A stretch of 64,000 bases of DNA from the human T2T-CHM13v2.0 reference genome, Homo sapiens. Made by a program: the position numbers and the translations under genes. Below, one piece after another: positions 26,204 through 39,870 of the stretch. Numbering within the stretch: the first letter of the stretch is position 1; the number at the start of each line of letters is the position of its first letter. The stretch lies in the NCBI RefSeq assembly GCF_009914755.1, contig NC_060930.1. One strand, 5' to 3'. The notes beneath the pieces are model-generated. The model had not been told where the DNA came from and did not search any database. It saw nothing but the letters and a program-made list of their open reading frames with translations.

Positions 26204-27689
26204 ATGTACTACGAATACCCCCACTTTTCAGCTGGGGTCATTCTGACGCAGATAAATTGTTAAGTAAGGAACCCAAGTCATACATCTCGTAAACTATGGA
26301 GTCAGAATTTGAACCCAAGCTTTCTGGCTCCATACTGTATGCTCTTAGCCACTGTAAAAAGGAAATCAGCCAATCCCCTCCCCCTCCTCTGGGGGCCCCT
26401 CCTGAACTCACCATGGCACTGTATTGTGCTCCCATGTGTCCCCGTTCTAGGCCTGTGCATCTATTTGCCTCTGTATCCAGCAAGGTACCCAGAAGACAGT
26501 AGGTGCTTTGAAAACATGCTACATCAAGACATAAATTAATGCCCAAACTGGACCCTACATTTCAATTAAATAATATCAGAAAAGGTAGTTTGAATGGTGT
26601 TTCATTAAAAAAAAATTTATACAGAGCAGCCTAGAGTCTTGCCTGAAAATCCTTGTAAGTTGAAAAATAATAAGATAAAATTAACTCTGGTTCAGGCACT
26701 TAAGAGATTACATAAGCTTTCTGAGGTCACAAATTTCCAACTTATTACTAATGAAAAATATTTAACATCTGACATTTTCCTTATGTGTAGCTGTTAATCT
26801 ATTAATTTGGCAATGCCAGGGCAGAGGAGCTTTATGGGTTCTTAAACTGTTTAGTTATGGTAATTTGCTGCATGAGATTGCACCTGCATAATAAAAACCC
26901 AACAAGGATATGTGAAATCCATTTCAAATCCTCATTAACTCAAAACTACAGCAGACCACTTACTTGTTTTATTGTAAGTAGAAAAATAAAATTAATAACC
27001 AAAATGCTGAAAAGACAAACTCTGGTCAGAATGTTCATTAATAGAACAGAAGAGAACTGTGCAGCCTTAAAAATTTGTGGCTGGTAACTATTCACCCCTT
27101 AAAAGGGTGAACTACTAAAGAGAGGCAGATGTTAGTGGGGAAAAAGCAGAGCAGTGTTTGTGCAACCAAGCAGTTCATGGCAGTGTGGGGGATTAAATGG
27201 GACTGTATGAAGCTGAGTGTGGCCCCGAATTAAGGACAGCATCAACAGAAGTCCTAGAATCAGGAAGCTGGCATAACTGTTCAATACCATTTTTTTGTTT
27301 TGCAAAGAGGTGGTCAATTAGAAGAGACTGAACTAGAGGCGTAGAGGCGGTATCACAAATAGCTACTGGGAAGTAACTCACTAGTGGGGTGGGGAAAAAC
27401 GGGGCAGGGGGGACATGAAGGCAAATCACAAAGCAGAAATCCTGCTGTGAAGGTAAAAGAACAAATTCTTTTTGATTTATATTCTGAACTTGGCTGTGTG
27501 AAATGTTTTATATTTGTGCAGTGGAATAACAGTAGCAGAAATCTTATCAGTCAAATCATATATATCTTTTTTGACAGCCCAGACATGCCTCCCACCACTC
27601 TAGCCCCAGCATTATCATCATAGACAGATTTTTGCATATTCCTTTGTTTCTAAACACAGAAATATACTTTTAATCTTACAGATATATCC

Positions 27690-27993
27690 TTTTCTTTTTT
27701 TTTTTGGGGGGGACAGGTTCTGACTCTGTCACCCAGGCTGGAGTACAGTGGTACAATCATAGCTCACTTGCAGCCTCAAACTCCTGGACTCAAGGGATCC
27801 TTGTGCCTCCGTCTCCTGAGTAGCTGAGACTACAGGTATGTGCCACCATGCCTGGCTAATTTTAAAATTTTTTGTAGAGATGGGGTCTCACCTATGTGTC
27901 CCAGGCTAGCCTCAAACTCCTGGGCTCAAGTGATCCTCCTGCCTCGGCCTCCCAATGTGCTGGGATTACAAGCGTGAGCCACCTTGCCCAGCC
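27690..27993 (-). mobile_element. Alu (J-like)
   Basis: Dimeric Alu. Confidence 0.92.
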
Positions 27994-29357
27994 CTATATA
28001 TACCTTTTTATTATCACCAGTAATCAAGAAAATGAAAGCTGAAGATGACTAACTGAATCATGTTCACGAAAGATCTAGAAAAGAACATGGTATACTTTAC
28101 TGATGATAGACGGCATTCAGGATGGTGGATGGGGAATACTGATGATTATGAAGCACTGGGGTGCATACACAAAGGCTGGCAACAAAGTCTGTATGTGGAG
28201 TGCAAGAACGTTCATTCAGCGCATTTCCAGTAATATTTCTACTACCTGGTAATTAGCACACATGTCCTGGGCTGTAAGGAACCCCTTCATTCATGAGAAG
28301 CAGAGTTAGGCTTCCTGACCCCTCACATGGTCAATCCACTGCTACCTGACATTGACTGGCCCCTCTCATAGTCAAATGCTCACAGCCAATCCCAGCACTG
28401 CCCAGTCTATATCCCCTGTGACTTCTCTGCAATACCACACCATCCTCCTTGAAACTCTTCTCCTCTGGCTTCTGTGATGCCAGCTTTTGTGGCTCCTCCT
28501 CCTCCTGTGTCCCTAAAATGTGAGACTGTGGTCCTCTTCTCCCACCATACACACTGTTGGAGTTTTCGGCTGTGCCCATGGGCTCCTCCACCACCACCAC
28601 CATCCCCGCCCCCACCACCCCCTTCACAACTTTCCCTGGAACCTGACTCTAATTCTCTAAGCACCTGGTAGGTAGATGGCCTGATACGAATCCTACACAG
28701 GCCCTTAAGGGTCTGGATCTGTCTCCCTTTCCAGGCTCACATGCTATGGGGCTCCAACCAGGCTACTTGCTTATCTGCAGCACTGTGAGGACACCTTTGC
28801 TTTTGTACAAGCTATTCATTTCCACTGGATTGGTGCCTTCTAACTCTAGGTTGCTGCATGCTTACAAACATTTGGAAAGCTTTTAGACAAGCTGACCAAT
28901 AAAAAAGCAATTCTACTAACCTGTAAATTCAGCTGACCTAGTCCTTATTGTGTTTTATGAGACTCTGGGATCATTACTTTGGATTTATTTTCTTCAGACT
29001 CTGGATGCTTACAGCTTCATCCTTTTAGTGGCTTTGGCTTTTCTAATATCATGTTTTTAAAAGTAGCTTGTTTCTTGCATTCAACTTCCTTTCCCTTCTT
29101 CACTCCTCAGTATTTGTATGAATTTGTATGTATGATTTCTTTTCTTCATTATTTGTTCCTTGTGCTCTTTCCATCTGCCCAAAGCTCCTTTCCAGGAGGC
29201 CTTGTTTCCAAGAGGAGCCTTAGATGCTTCTCCTTCTCCAGGTTCCCACAGAACCTGTGAGCAGCTTATTAATATGGTTTTCCCTCCACTGAATTGCTGG
29301 AAATGCTTGATTGCATCTCCATTTTCCCTAGTAAACTCTAACCTGCCTTATATTCCC

Positions 29358-29439
29358 AAAAATAATTATTTCACAGATATTTACTAAGCACACCACCAGT
29401 GCATAGTGCTTAATAAATATCTGTGAAATAATTATTTTT
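29358..29439. repeat. Inverted repeat: 34-bp arms (1 mismatch), 14-nt loop
   Basis: 29358-29391 pairs with 29406-29439; single mismatch at 29384/29413. Confidence 0.95.
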
Positions 29440-29471
29440 ATTTGCTTAAGCAATGTTTTCACTCAGTCATT

Positions 29472-29763
29472 CTTTTCTTTTGAGATGGAGTCTTGCTCTG
29501 TTGCCCAGGCTGGGGTGCAGTGGTGAGAGCTCGGCTTACCGCAACCTCCACCTCCCGGGTTCAAGCAATTCTCCTGCTTCAGTCTCCTGAGTAGCTGGGA
29601 TTACAGGCACCCACTACCATGCCCAGCTAATTTTTGTATTCTTAGTAGAGACAGAGTTTTTCCATGTTGACCAGGCTGGTCTTGAACTCCTGATCTCAGG
29701 TGATCTGCCCGCCTCAGCCTCCCAAACTGATGAGATTACAGGTGTGAGCCACTGCGCCCGGCC
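29472..29763 (-). mobile_element. Alu (S-like)
   Basis: Dimeric Alu; TSD cactcagtcattctt. Confidence 0.93.
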
Positions 29764-30589
29764 ACACTCAGTCATTCTTAGACACTTACTGTGATTTCTC
29801 ACTTGAAAATTCCTTTTTATTTAAATTAGGATTAGTCAGTACAACCATCACCATCTTTAGCATCCTTTGGTCTCTTTATGGGGCACGGTGACTTCTGGGG
29901 CCTCACTTAGACTAATGCAGCATTCAAGACATTACAAGAAACACAATGAAGAAAACATGCACATAAACCAATACAAATACTGAGAAGTGAAGAAGGAAAA
30001 GGAAATTGAATGCATGAAAGAAGCTATTTTTTAAAAAGATGATGTTAAAAAAGCCAAAAGCCACTAAAAGAATGAAGATTTGACCGTCCAGAGGCTGAAA
30101 AAAAAATAAATACAAACTAATGATCCTAGATTCTCATAAAACACAATACGGAATGGGTCAACTGAATTTACATGTCAGTAGAATTGCCTTTTTACTGGTC
30201 AACTTGTCTAAAAGATTTCCAAACATGTGTACACATGCAACAACCTAGAGTTGGAGGGCTCCAGTACAATAAAAGCATGCTAGGAAAATAGACAAATTTA
30301 CTTTGATGCTCTATAAGGGAGGCATAGTATAATTTTCTGTTTTGGTTATAAACTATGGCCTAAAATAACTCTTAAAGGCTAGATCACACAAAAAATTTCA
30401 CAGAAGTAAAACTCGTAGTACAACATTCACTTTTCTGGCAACATTTGTCCATTTCTAGTGGACAAATTACCCTACCAGAGGAGAGGAAGATGGTCCAACA
30501 CAGAAATATTAAAAAAAAAAAAAGTTTCACTTTTATAGGTTTCTGGCAACAACCAGATCATTTCAGACTCTATCTATCACAACCACTTT

Positions 30590-31010
30590 CAATCGTCAAG
30601 TACTTAAACATATCTACTCTGTGTTCTGGACTCTGGGGACACAGCAGTGGGGAAAACCACATTCTAAAGGGGAGACAGACAGACACATGAATGAAAATCT
30701 AATGTCAGCTGGTGATGAGTGCAATGGAGATACGGGTAAGTGAGTGGGGAAGGGCTGCTATAGTACACAGGATGGAGAGCGAAGGAGTCTCTGATCCATG
30801 CAGAGTAAGTGACTCTGTATAGTAGAGGATGGAGGGCCAGGAGTAGGGGCAGTCCAGGCAGAGGGGAGGGGTGGAGTGGGTGAGTACATGCATGTATGCC
30901 AAGCAAAGCAAGGAGGCCAGAGCGGCTGCAGCAGGCGGGTGAGGGAGAGTGGCAGGAGATGAGTGAGGGAGAGGGCAGGGGCCAGGCTGGTGGGGTCTCA
31001 AGGGCATTGC
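30590..31010. mobile_element. Degenerate L2 fragment, opposite orientation to the 32270-33600 copy
   Basis: L2-like purine-rich segment; boundaries approximate. Confidence 0.45.
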
Positions 31011-31259
31011 TCAAGGCTGGTCAAACTGGCAGCCAAATGTGATCACGAGGGCTAGGCTATTTATTAAGTAGCCACTTTATCCTATGAAAAAATGGCAATG
31101 AGTCCCTACTGTTTTAGTTTTGATCTCAGAACTGACTGCCCTGCCTGCTAACACTGACCCCAGCCAGGATGTCAGCCCACTAATGCATCAAGAATGATAT
31201 AAATCATTCCCCAAACTGACACCAACACAAACTCTCAATATTGTGGGTGTAATGTGTTT

Positions 31260-31416
31260 ATGCGATCTCGACTCACCGCAAACTCTGCCACCCGGGTTCA
31301 AGCAATTCTCCTGTCTCAGCCTCCCGAGTAGCTGGGACTACAGGTGTGTGCCACCATACCTGGCTAATTTTTGTATTTTTAGTAGAGATGGGGTTTCGCC
31401 ATGTTGGCCAGGCTGG
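31260..31416 (-). mobile_element. Internal Alu fragment
   Basis: Central Alu portion lacking both ends. Confidence 0.85.
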
Positions 31417-32269
31417 AAAACTACCTTTTTTTCTTTTTTCTTTTTTTATTTTTTAGTTGAAACTCAAGATAAAATAAGTAAGCAAATGGAGAATTCAAGG
31501 CCTGAGAGGTCTCACAGAAGGAGAGCAAGGAGCTGGTGCTTGGATTCCCTGCACTGACGCCCCCAGACACTCTTGCACACTCATTCCCTCCTGGCAGAAT
31601 GGAGAAAACGCTCCTTCTCCTTTGAAGGCCAATCCTTCTTCTTATGGCTGTGGCTCTCTTCCCCTTCTCAAGGGAACTTGTTTCTGAGTGATTCTCTCCC
31701 TCTAGAACCAAACTATCAATGCACCAAGGCAATCTAGTTTCTCTCACTTAACATGCCATTGAACTCATATGCCCCATGCAACTTTTCATTGTCTGGAGCC
31801 CATTTTCTTCCCCTCTCCTACCTTCTCCCGGGTCCTGAACTTAATGACACAAAAGCTATGGAAAGCCTTGTTGGTAAAGTTTTATGTAATTAAGATTGAT
31901 TTTTTTATAGGTTTTCTTAGCACAGCTGTACAAGTTATTCTAAAGGAAGAAAACATCAAATTTGAAAAGTAATCGGAAGAAGAGAGAGAGTGGGAAGATG
32001 TAAACCACAGCTGTTAAAAGTCAGAGATGCGTGATTAACGTAGCCAGGGATTGTATTTTTCTTAAAAAATTTAAATATTTTTAATAAGCTTTTCACATCA
32101 TACCATTAATACAAGATTATTTTAACTAGCAAAAATGCAATACAAAAATATGTAAAAGCATAGCTAATTCTCCCCATCTTCAATCACACCCATCCATAAA
32201 GAAACCTGTGATAAGAGCGTCTATCTCCTCCTCTCTTGTCTTTCCTGATACACCCTGTTCAGCCCTCAT

Positions 32270-33600
32270 CAGCCCTACTACTCACTGAAAGTGCTCTTAT
32301 CAATATCACCAATAATCCACCTTGTCAAATCCAGTAACTCCTCTTCCTTCCTCATTTGCCCAACCATCAGCACTGGGTGTTGCCTGCCACTCCCTCCTTT
32401 TAATCCCTTTTCGTGGACTTCCTGCTCTGCCTGGTGAGGTCTCTGTTGGTTCAGCTCTCACCTCCCTGGCTGCTGCTTCTCAGGCTCCTTTGCTAGCTCT
32501 TCCTCCTTCAACTGACCCCCCTAGATGTGGGGCTGCCCCAGGCATAGTCCTGAGCCTTCTCCACTCTTTATATGCTCTGCATGTGACTTTGCCCTTGTCC
32601 CTGGATTTAAGTAACATATTTATGCTGAAGATTCCCACTTAAAACTCTAACTCAGATCTCTCCTTTGAGCATGAGACTCAAATATCTAACTCCCTATTTG
32701 ACACTGCCACTTGGATGATATTTAACATGTACCACAAACTTAACACGTCCAAAATATTTATCCTCCTAATCTCATCCTACACAACCCACTGCCAACTCAC
32801 TGATAAATGGTACCAGTTTCTCAGATTCAAAATCTCAGTCATTCCTCAGGCATCCTTTTTTCTCAGCCTTCCAACATGCAATCCCTTAGTGTGTCTTCGC
32901 AATTCTACCTTCTAGGTATATTCCAAACTCACCAGCCCACCTTGTCCACAGTCACCACTCTAGCCTGGGCCACCTTATCTCTTATCTGGTCTACTGCTAC
33001 CAATGTCCATCTGCTCTCTCTGCTTCCTTATCACCCCCTCTAATCTGTTCTTCACAAAACGGAAAATGATTTTCTTACATCAAAACCATGTCTCTCTCCA
33101 GTATAAAACTCTGCAGTGACTCCCATCACACTTGGAATGAATCTGACATTCCCTAACACGGCCATGAGGCTCTCTGCCTTCCCCCTGCCCTTCATCCACT
33201 CCCCCCTTACTCACTGGGCTTCTCTTAGGTCCTCTCTGAGACCAAGTGCTTTGTTCTCAGGGCCTTTGCTTTAACGTTCTGGGCCGCCTGTCCCCCATTT
33301 TCACTTGGTTAGCTCCCGCTGAGCCTTTAGGTTTCAAGTGAAAACTCAGGGGAACTTCCCGTGACCACTCCAACTGCACAGGGCCTTCTGCCATTCTCGG
33401 CTGCAGTCTTTGTTTATTTCATGCACAGCTCTTCTCCCAACTTGCAATGCTGACATTTATTTTCTGTTCACTTGTTTTTGCCTGTATTTCTCATAAGGGC
33501 AAAGACAACATCTCTTCACGTCGCTGCTACATTCCCAGTGTTTACAACAATGCTTGGCACATGGCAAATTCTCAATAAAAACAAACTGACGGGATGAATG
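32270..33600. mobile_element. Degenerate L2 LINE fragments
   Basis: L2-like pyrimidine-rich body ending in tggcacat...ctcaataaa...gaatgaa; boundaries approximate. Confidence 0.55.
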
Positions 33601-35822
33601 AAAGGGGTTCTTCCCCATCCCACCTCCACCCATCAATGCTGACAGAGAATTTCTGATGAAGGCAAGGAAAGGCAGCCATACATAGACATAAATGAATTGT
33701 AAATCCAAACAGGTGAGCTTTAGGAATCCCAGAACACTCCTTCGTTGCTCTTATTTCTAAGGATTCTGAGCAATGGTGTCAAAGCATTTCCAAACACAAT
33801 CAAATCTGCAGATTCTTAAACAACATGCCATCCACAGTTCAGATTATACTCTTTCTAAGTCTCTTCCAAATACTTAAATTAGCTATATACATATTAAATT
33901 CTGGAATTGAATTAGATATATCCTAGGCAAAACAGAAAACTTGAGGCTCCAGATGTAGGTAGCACATATATAATGATTTTTTACTTGCAGGCTAAATGAT
34001 TTTCTATTTGAAAGCCAATTTCACAATCACCCTCTACCTGAACTGAGATCAAAAAAGCATGCTGTTTAAAGACATGCTTGTATGCATATATTAATGTTTA
34101 TGGCTACTTCTATACAGGCATATGTATACAAATGTACACACATAGAGGCTAGGAGGAAACAAAGAGTCATCTATTACTTGATTCAGAACTAACTGGTAGA
34201 TGCTCTTAAAGACAGAATTAAAATGGGCTGCATTTGTCAATTCAGCCTGAGAAGATGGTTTAAATTTTTCTTTTGAGACATGAACCAACATAAATGATGA
34301 AGCTTTCTCTAGTGTCTTAACAAAGCCACAGTGTTTTATATCAATTTCTGCATGAAGACCCAGAACTAACTACCTCAGAGTACTCAACTGTTTAATTGTG
34401 ACAGCCTGATCAGAGAAGCCAGCACCACTTCTCAGGGCAATTCAACTTTGAAGCAATGAGTTTATGTACGAAGAACATGAGCACACATCCATGCTGTATT
34501 TTCAACTAACAGCTGAATGTCCTCTTTCCCCGTCTTCTGCTTTACACTGAGCTCCCAGGGGCAGGAGCAAGAAGACAAGCTTCTACAGGACAGTTGGCGT
34601 TTGGATGAATATTGAAAGATGTGTGGAATTTCAGAAAATAGTAAAGAAAAATGAGCAGAACCAGGATGGGTCATGGAGAAACGAGGCAGAGGTGAGTCTG
34701 AGTATGGTGGTCCGGGGCTACGGGGCGGCACTGGGGCGCGGCTGTATGAAGAAGAGCATCAAAAGTTGTGTGGAGGAGCATGTACCCAACACAGACAATG
34801 ACAAGGAACTTGCATGTGTTTCTATGAGGTACCCTCACAATGCCTTCCACTTCACAATATTTTACTACCATTTTTATAACTATGACAACATTTCTGTCTA
34901 TATCTTACATTGAGTCAGCACAGAGGGTGAACAGAGAATAATCCAGTCTACCTCCCTAAAACCAGGTCAAGGTACACTTAATCCAAATCAAAAGACTACA
35001 CTTGTGGAGATGGAAATTTTTTCCTCCCTCCTTCACAGACCAATGACAGTAATGCCAGTAATGGTTTTTCCTTTAGGGAGATAATGGAATATCCCCAGCA
35101 CTGGGTCTATTTTTACTCACCCATCACCCGTCGACCATCAGTGTAACTCCAGGCAAAGCAAGTGGAGGGGAGGGGAGGGAAGAAATCTGTGTAGCAGGTG
35201 GACAGCCCACACGAAGCTCCTATTGTCTCTCCTCTCCTTTTGTTCTAAAACAGTATGGCAGAAAGCCAAAAACAGTTGAGTTTTGCTGGCAAACTAAAAT
35301 GTTGCCCCGGGGGTTTAAGAAAAGCAGGAAAAGATTACCCCCAACTCTTTTCTGCCAAGCCTTCTCTAGGCAGAGCAAATCTAAACAATGATCACAGTTG
35401 TGTTTCTAGATGGCCTGCTAATCCTATTAATTGTCTACCATCACCTATTAGGGAGGCAGAAATAGGGTGAGAGACACTGGGACAGATGTAACCCTGCAGG
35501 TAGAAAAATCACCTGCTTTTATGAGTACAGAAGTGGCCATCCAGACTCACCGCACAAGGGGCAGAGGTCTTGGGCTACAATTTCCAAAACAGATCTGTGA
35601 ATATTCTTCTGAATTTGAGTTAGAAGGTGGCTGGTGCCAGCGTTGGCATGAATGCCAATCCCTGAATATGATCCTGAGAGAAGTCAACCAGAGATAAGAT
35701 GACAAAAGCAAAAGAGTAAATAAAGTTTTATTTTATTTCTGAATATATTTCAAGTGGGGGTTCAAGCTGCCACATGGTGACCAACACTAAGACTTAAATA
35801 AAAATCTAAGTGTGTGTCTATA

Positions 35823-38486
35823 CAGGCACACCTCATAGATACTGTAGCTCAGGTCCAGGCCACTATAATAGAGCAAGTATCAAAAAAGAAGAAAGTCACA
35901 CCCACTTCTGGTTTCCCAGTACATATAAAAGCTGTTTACACTAGTGTACAAAGCAATAGCATTATGTCTTAAAAAAAAGTACCTACCTTAATTTAAAAAC
36001 ACTTTATTGCTATAAAATGCTAATGATCATCTGGGTCTTCAGTGAGTTGTAATCTTTTTTCTGGTGGAGGGGTATCTTGCCTCAATGTTGATGACTGCTG
36101 ATGATTGGGATGGTGGTTGCTGAAGGATGGGGTTGCTGTGGCAATTTCTTAAAACAACAATGAAGTTTGCCCACTGGTTGACTCCTCCTTTCATGAAAGA
36201 CTTCTGTAACATGCAATGCTGTTTGATAGCATTTTGCTCACAGTAGAATTTCTTTCAAAACTGGTGTGAAGCCTCTCAAGCCCTGCCACTGATTTATCAA
36301 CAAAGTTTATGGAATATTCTAAATTCTTTGTTGTCATTTCAACAATGTTCACAGCATCTCCAGCAGGAATAGATTCCATCTCAAGAAACCAATTTCTTTG
36401 CTCATTCACAAGAAGGCAACTCCTCATCCATTCAAATTTGGTCATTAGATTGCAGCAATTCAGTCACATCTTCAGACTCTACTTCTAATTCTAGATCTCT
36501 TGCTATTTCCACATCTGCAGTGACTTCCCCCATAGAGGTCCTGAATCCCTCAAAGTCATTCCTGAAGGGTGGAATCAACCTCTTCCAAACTCATGTTAAT
36601 GTTGATATTTTGACCTCCTCCCATGAATCATAAATGTTCCTCATGGCATCTAGAATGGTGAATCCTGTCCAGAAGGGTTTCAATTTACTCTGCCCAGATC
36701 CATCCATTTGTAAGGCAACTACAGCCTTACAAATGTAGTCAAAATTACTCCTTCATCCATGGGCTGCAGAATGGATATTGTGTTAGCAGGTATAAACACA
36801 ACATTCATCTCTTTGTACAGCTCCATCAGAGCTCTTGGGTGACTAGGTGCATTGTCAATGAGCAGTAAATATTTGGAAAGGAATTGTTCTAAGCAGTAGG
36901 TCTCAACAGTGTGCTTAACAGATTCAGTAAACCACTGTAAGCAGATGTGCTGTCATCCAGGCCATTTCTAGAGCACACGCAGAGTGAATTTAGCACAATT
37001 CTTTTTTTGTTTGTTTTTTCGTTTCTGTTGAAGAGACAAAGTCTTGCTCTGTCGCCCAGGCTGGAGTGCACTGGTGCAATCATGGCTCACTGAAGCCTTG
37101 AACCCCTGAGCTCAAGTGATCCTCCTGTCTCAGCCTCTTGAGAAGCTAGAACTACAGGCACATGCCACCATGCTTGGCTAATTTTTAAATTTTTTGTAGA
37201 TAAATTTTGTATGGGATTGCACCACATTGCCAGGCTCATCTTGAGCTCCTGGCCCGAGAGTTCCTACTGCCTTGGTCTCCTAAAGCATTGGGATGACAGG
37301 CATGAGTCACTGTGCCCAGCTAATTTAGCACAATTCTTAAGGGCCCTAGGATTTTAAGAATGGTAAATGTGCACTAGCTTCAACTTAAAATCACCAGCTG
37401 CATTAGCCCCTAATAGAATCAACCTGTCCTTTGGAACTTTGGAACTTTGAAACTTTGGAACTTTGAAGCCAGGCAGACTTCTCTTTAGCTATGAAAGTCC
37501 TAGATGACATCTTCTTCCAACAGAAGGCTGTTCTGCCTATATTGAAAATGTTTTAGTACAGCCACCTTCATCAATTATTTTAGCTAGATCTTCAGGATAA
37601 CTTGCTGCAGCTTCTACATCAGCACTTGCTGCTTCACCTTGAACTTTTATGTTGTGCAGATGGCTTCGTTCCTTAAACTTCATGAACCAACCTCTGCTAG
37701 CTCCCTAATGTTCTGCAGCTTTCTCATGTCTTTTAGTCTTCACAGAACTGAAGAAAGTTAGGGCTTTGCTATGGATTAGGCCTTGGCTTAAGGGAAGGTT
37801 GCAGCTGGTTTCATCTTCTATCCAGACCACTCAAACTTTCTCCATATCAGCAATAAGGCTGTTTTGCTTTCTTACCATTCATGTGTTCACTGGCATAGCA
37901 CTTTTTATTTCTTTCAAGAACTTTTCCTTTGCATTCACAAGTTGGCTGTTTGGTGCAAGAGGCACCTATAGCTTTTGGCTTATTTTGGCTTTTGACATAC
38001 CTTCCTCACTAAGCATAATAATTTCTAGCTTTTGATTTAAAGTGAGAGATGTGCATGTTTTCCTTGCATTTGAACATTTGGAGGCCACTGTAGGGTTATT
38101 ATTTGGCCTAATTTTAACAGTGTTATGTCTCAGGGAATAGGGCGGTCTGACGAGAGGGAGAGAGATGAGGGTATAGCTGACGGATGGAGCAGTCAGAACA
38201 CACACAGCATTTTTCAGTTAAGTTCACCACCTTCTATGAGCGCATTTGTGATGCCCCAGAACAATGACGATCGTCACATCAAAGCTCACTGTGATGTAAT
38301 AATGAAAAAGCTTGAAACATTGTGAGAATTATCAAAATGTGACAGACACGAACTGAGCACATGCTGTTGGGAAAATGGTGGTAACAGACTTGTTCAACAC
38401 AAGGTTGCTTCAAACCTTCAGTTTTTAAAAAACGAGGAATCTGCAAAGTACAATACAATAAAGCAAAATAAAACGAGTTATGCCTG
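35823..38486 (-). mobile_element. Second Tigger1, near full length, interrupted by an AluJ
   Basis: TA-CAGGCACACCTC ... TATGCCTG-TA termini; colinear with the 12791-15510 copy; transposase remnant at 36191-36445. Confidence 0.92.
37004..37321 (-). mobile_element. AluJ nested in Tigger1
   Basis: 17-bp TSD aatttagcacaattctt at 36987 and 37322. Confidence 0.92.
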
Positions 38487-38810
38487 TATGACATAAATAA
38501 ACTAATGGAAAAGGCAGTAAAATCTCCATTAATATGTAACAAGGAGACTAGAAGTGAACATTAACATTCATTATAAAATATTTAGTATTTAAAACTATTT
38601 ATAAAACAAGTCATTAAATAAATCATATTTACAAATCATAAAAATATAAATTTGTGGTCCCTCATTGTCTTCCCTTTTACACTGAGTATTGTTATCTAAT
38701 AGGTTCTGTAAGGATCTACAAAGTAATCACAAGATACTTACATGGTGTAGAAACTATAGTTTTTAGAGGTAAGAAAGCTTAGGGATTTAGAGGCCATTTA
38801 GTCTAATTAA

Positions 38811-39108
38811 TTTTTTTTTTTTTTTTTAGAGATAGGGTCTTGCTGGAGTGCAGTGGCACAATCATAGTTCACTGTAACCTTGAACTCCTGGGCTCAAATG
38901 ATCATCCTGCCTCAGCCTCCTGAGTGGCTAGTACTACAGTTGTATACCACCGTGCCTGGCTAATTAAAAAAAAATATATATATTTTTTTGTAGAAATGGA
39001 GTCTTGCTATGTTACCCAGGCTGGTCTTGGACTTTTGGTCTCAAGTGATCTCCCTGCACCAGCCTCTCAAAGTGCTGGGATTCCAGCTATAAGGCACTGT
39101 GCCTGGCT
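38811..39108 (-). mobile_element. Alu (J-like)
   Basis: Poly-T plus dimeric Alu. Confidence 0.9.
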
Positions 39109-39189
39109 AACATGTTTATTTAAGAGGTGAAAAAAAAATCCTGAGCTATAGCGAGAATAACTTATCTTGATAACAAAATGTGCAGGATT

Positions 39190-39330
39190 AGCATAGATCT
39201 GGAGTTGTAAGTTCTAGTCTTGGCTCTGTCAACTGTTAACAGTGTAACCTCTGTTAATACACTTACACTGACTGAATTTTAGTTTCCTTGTCTGTAAAAT
39301 AAGAGGGCTCCATTAGATGAACTCTAATGT
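39190..39330. mobile_element. MIR SINE core
   Basis: gttctagtcttggctctg...agtttccttgtctgtaaaat. Confidence 0.6.
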
Positions 39331-39870
39331 ACGTGCAATTGGAAGGCATATAACTTGTCCTGAGGCCAGAATCATATTAGTGGAAAAACATACCACCTAG
39401 GAAAAAGCAAAGGAGGCAGCTATGAAATTAGGGACCTGATTACCTTTCTGTAGGTGGGTTCGTGCCATGCTTCCATTCCAAACACCAGGCCCAAGGATGG
39501 ACTGTGTCCACATCCTGCTCAGGGACTGTGAAGGAGGGCAGTTGGGAGTTGGTCACCCCAGGCAAGATGCTGACTTAGCAGAGAATCAAACACCTGGAGA
39601 GCCATCTGGACACTAGCTTACACAGCTTCCTCACCGTGCCAGGCAATCCCTCAGAGTCCATCCTAATGCCCAAATATTCCCATACGCTTGCATCACGCTT
39701 CATGTTCTAGAAACAGTATTAAATTTCTTTCTCCAAGGGAGGAGTGCCTCCTTAACAGGTGCTTCTGTCTTTGTAGTATGTGATTTCTGCTGTCAACAAT
39801 TACAGTATCTGAAAATTCTATTTTTTAGGAGCCTTCATTTTTCCAATCCTGATCCTGAGATTTAGGTACC

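Noticed and set aside
28331-28671. Gly-rich and Pro-rich ORFs and a possible G4
   Set aside because: Low-complexity CCA/C-rich tract with only three long G runs.
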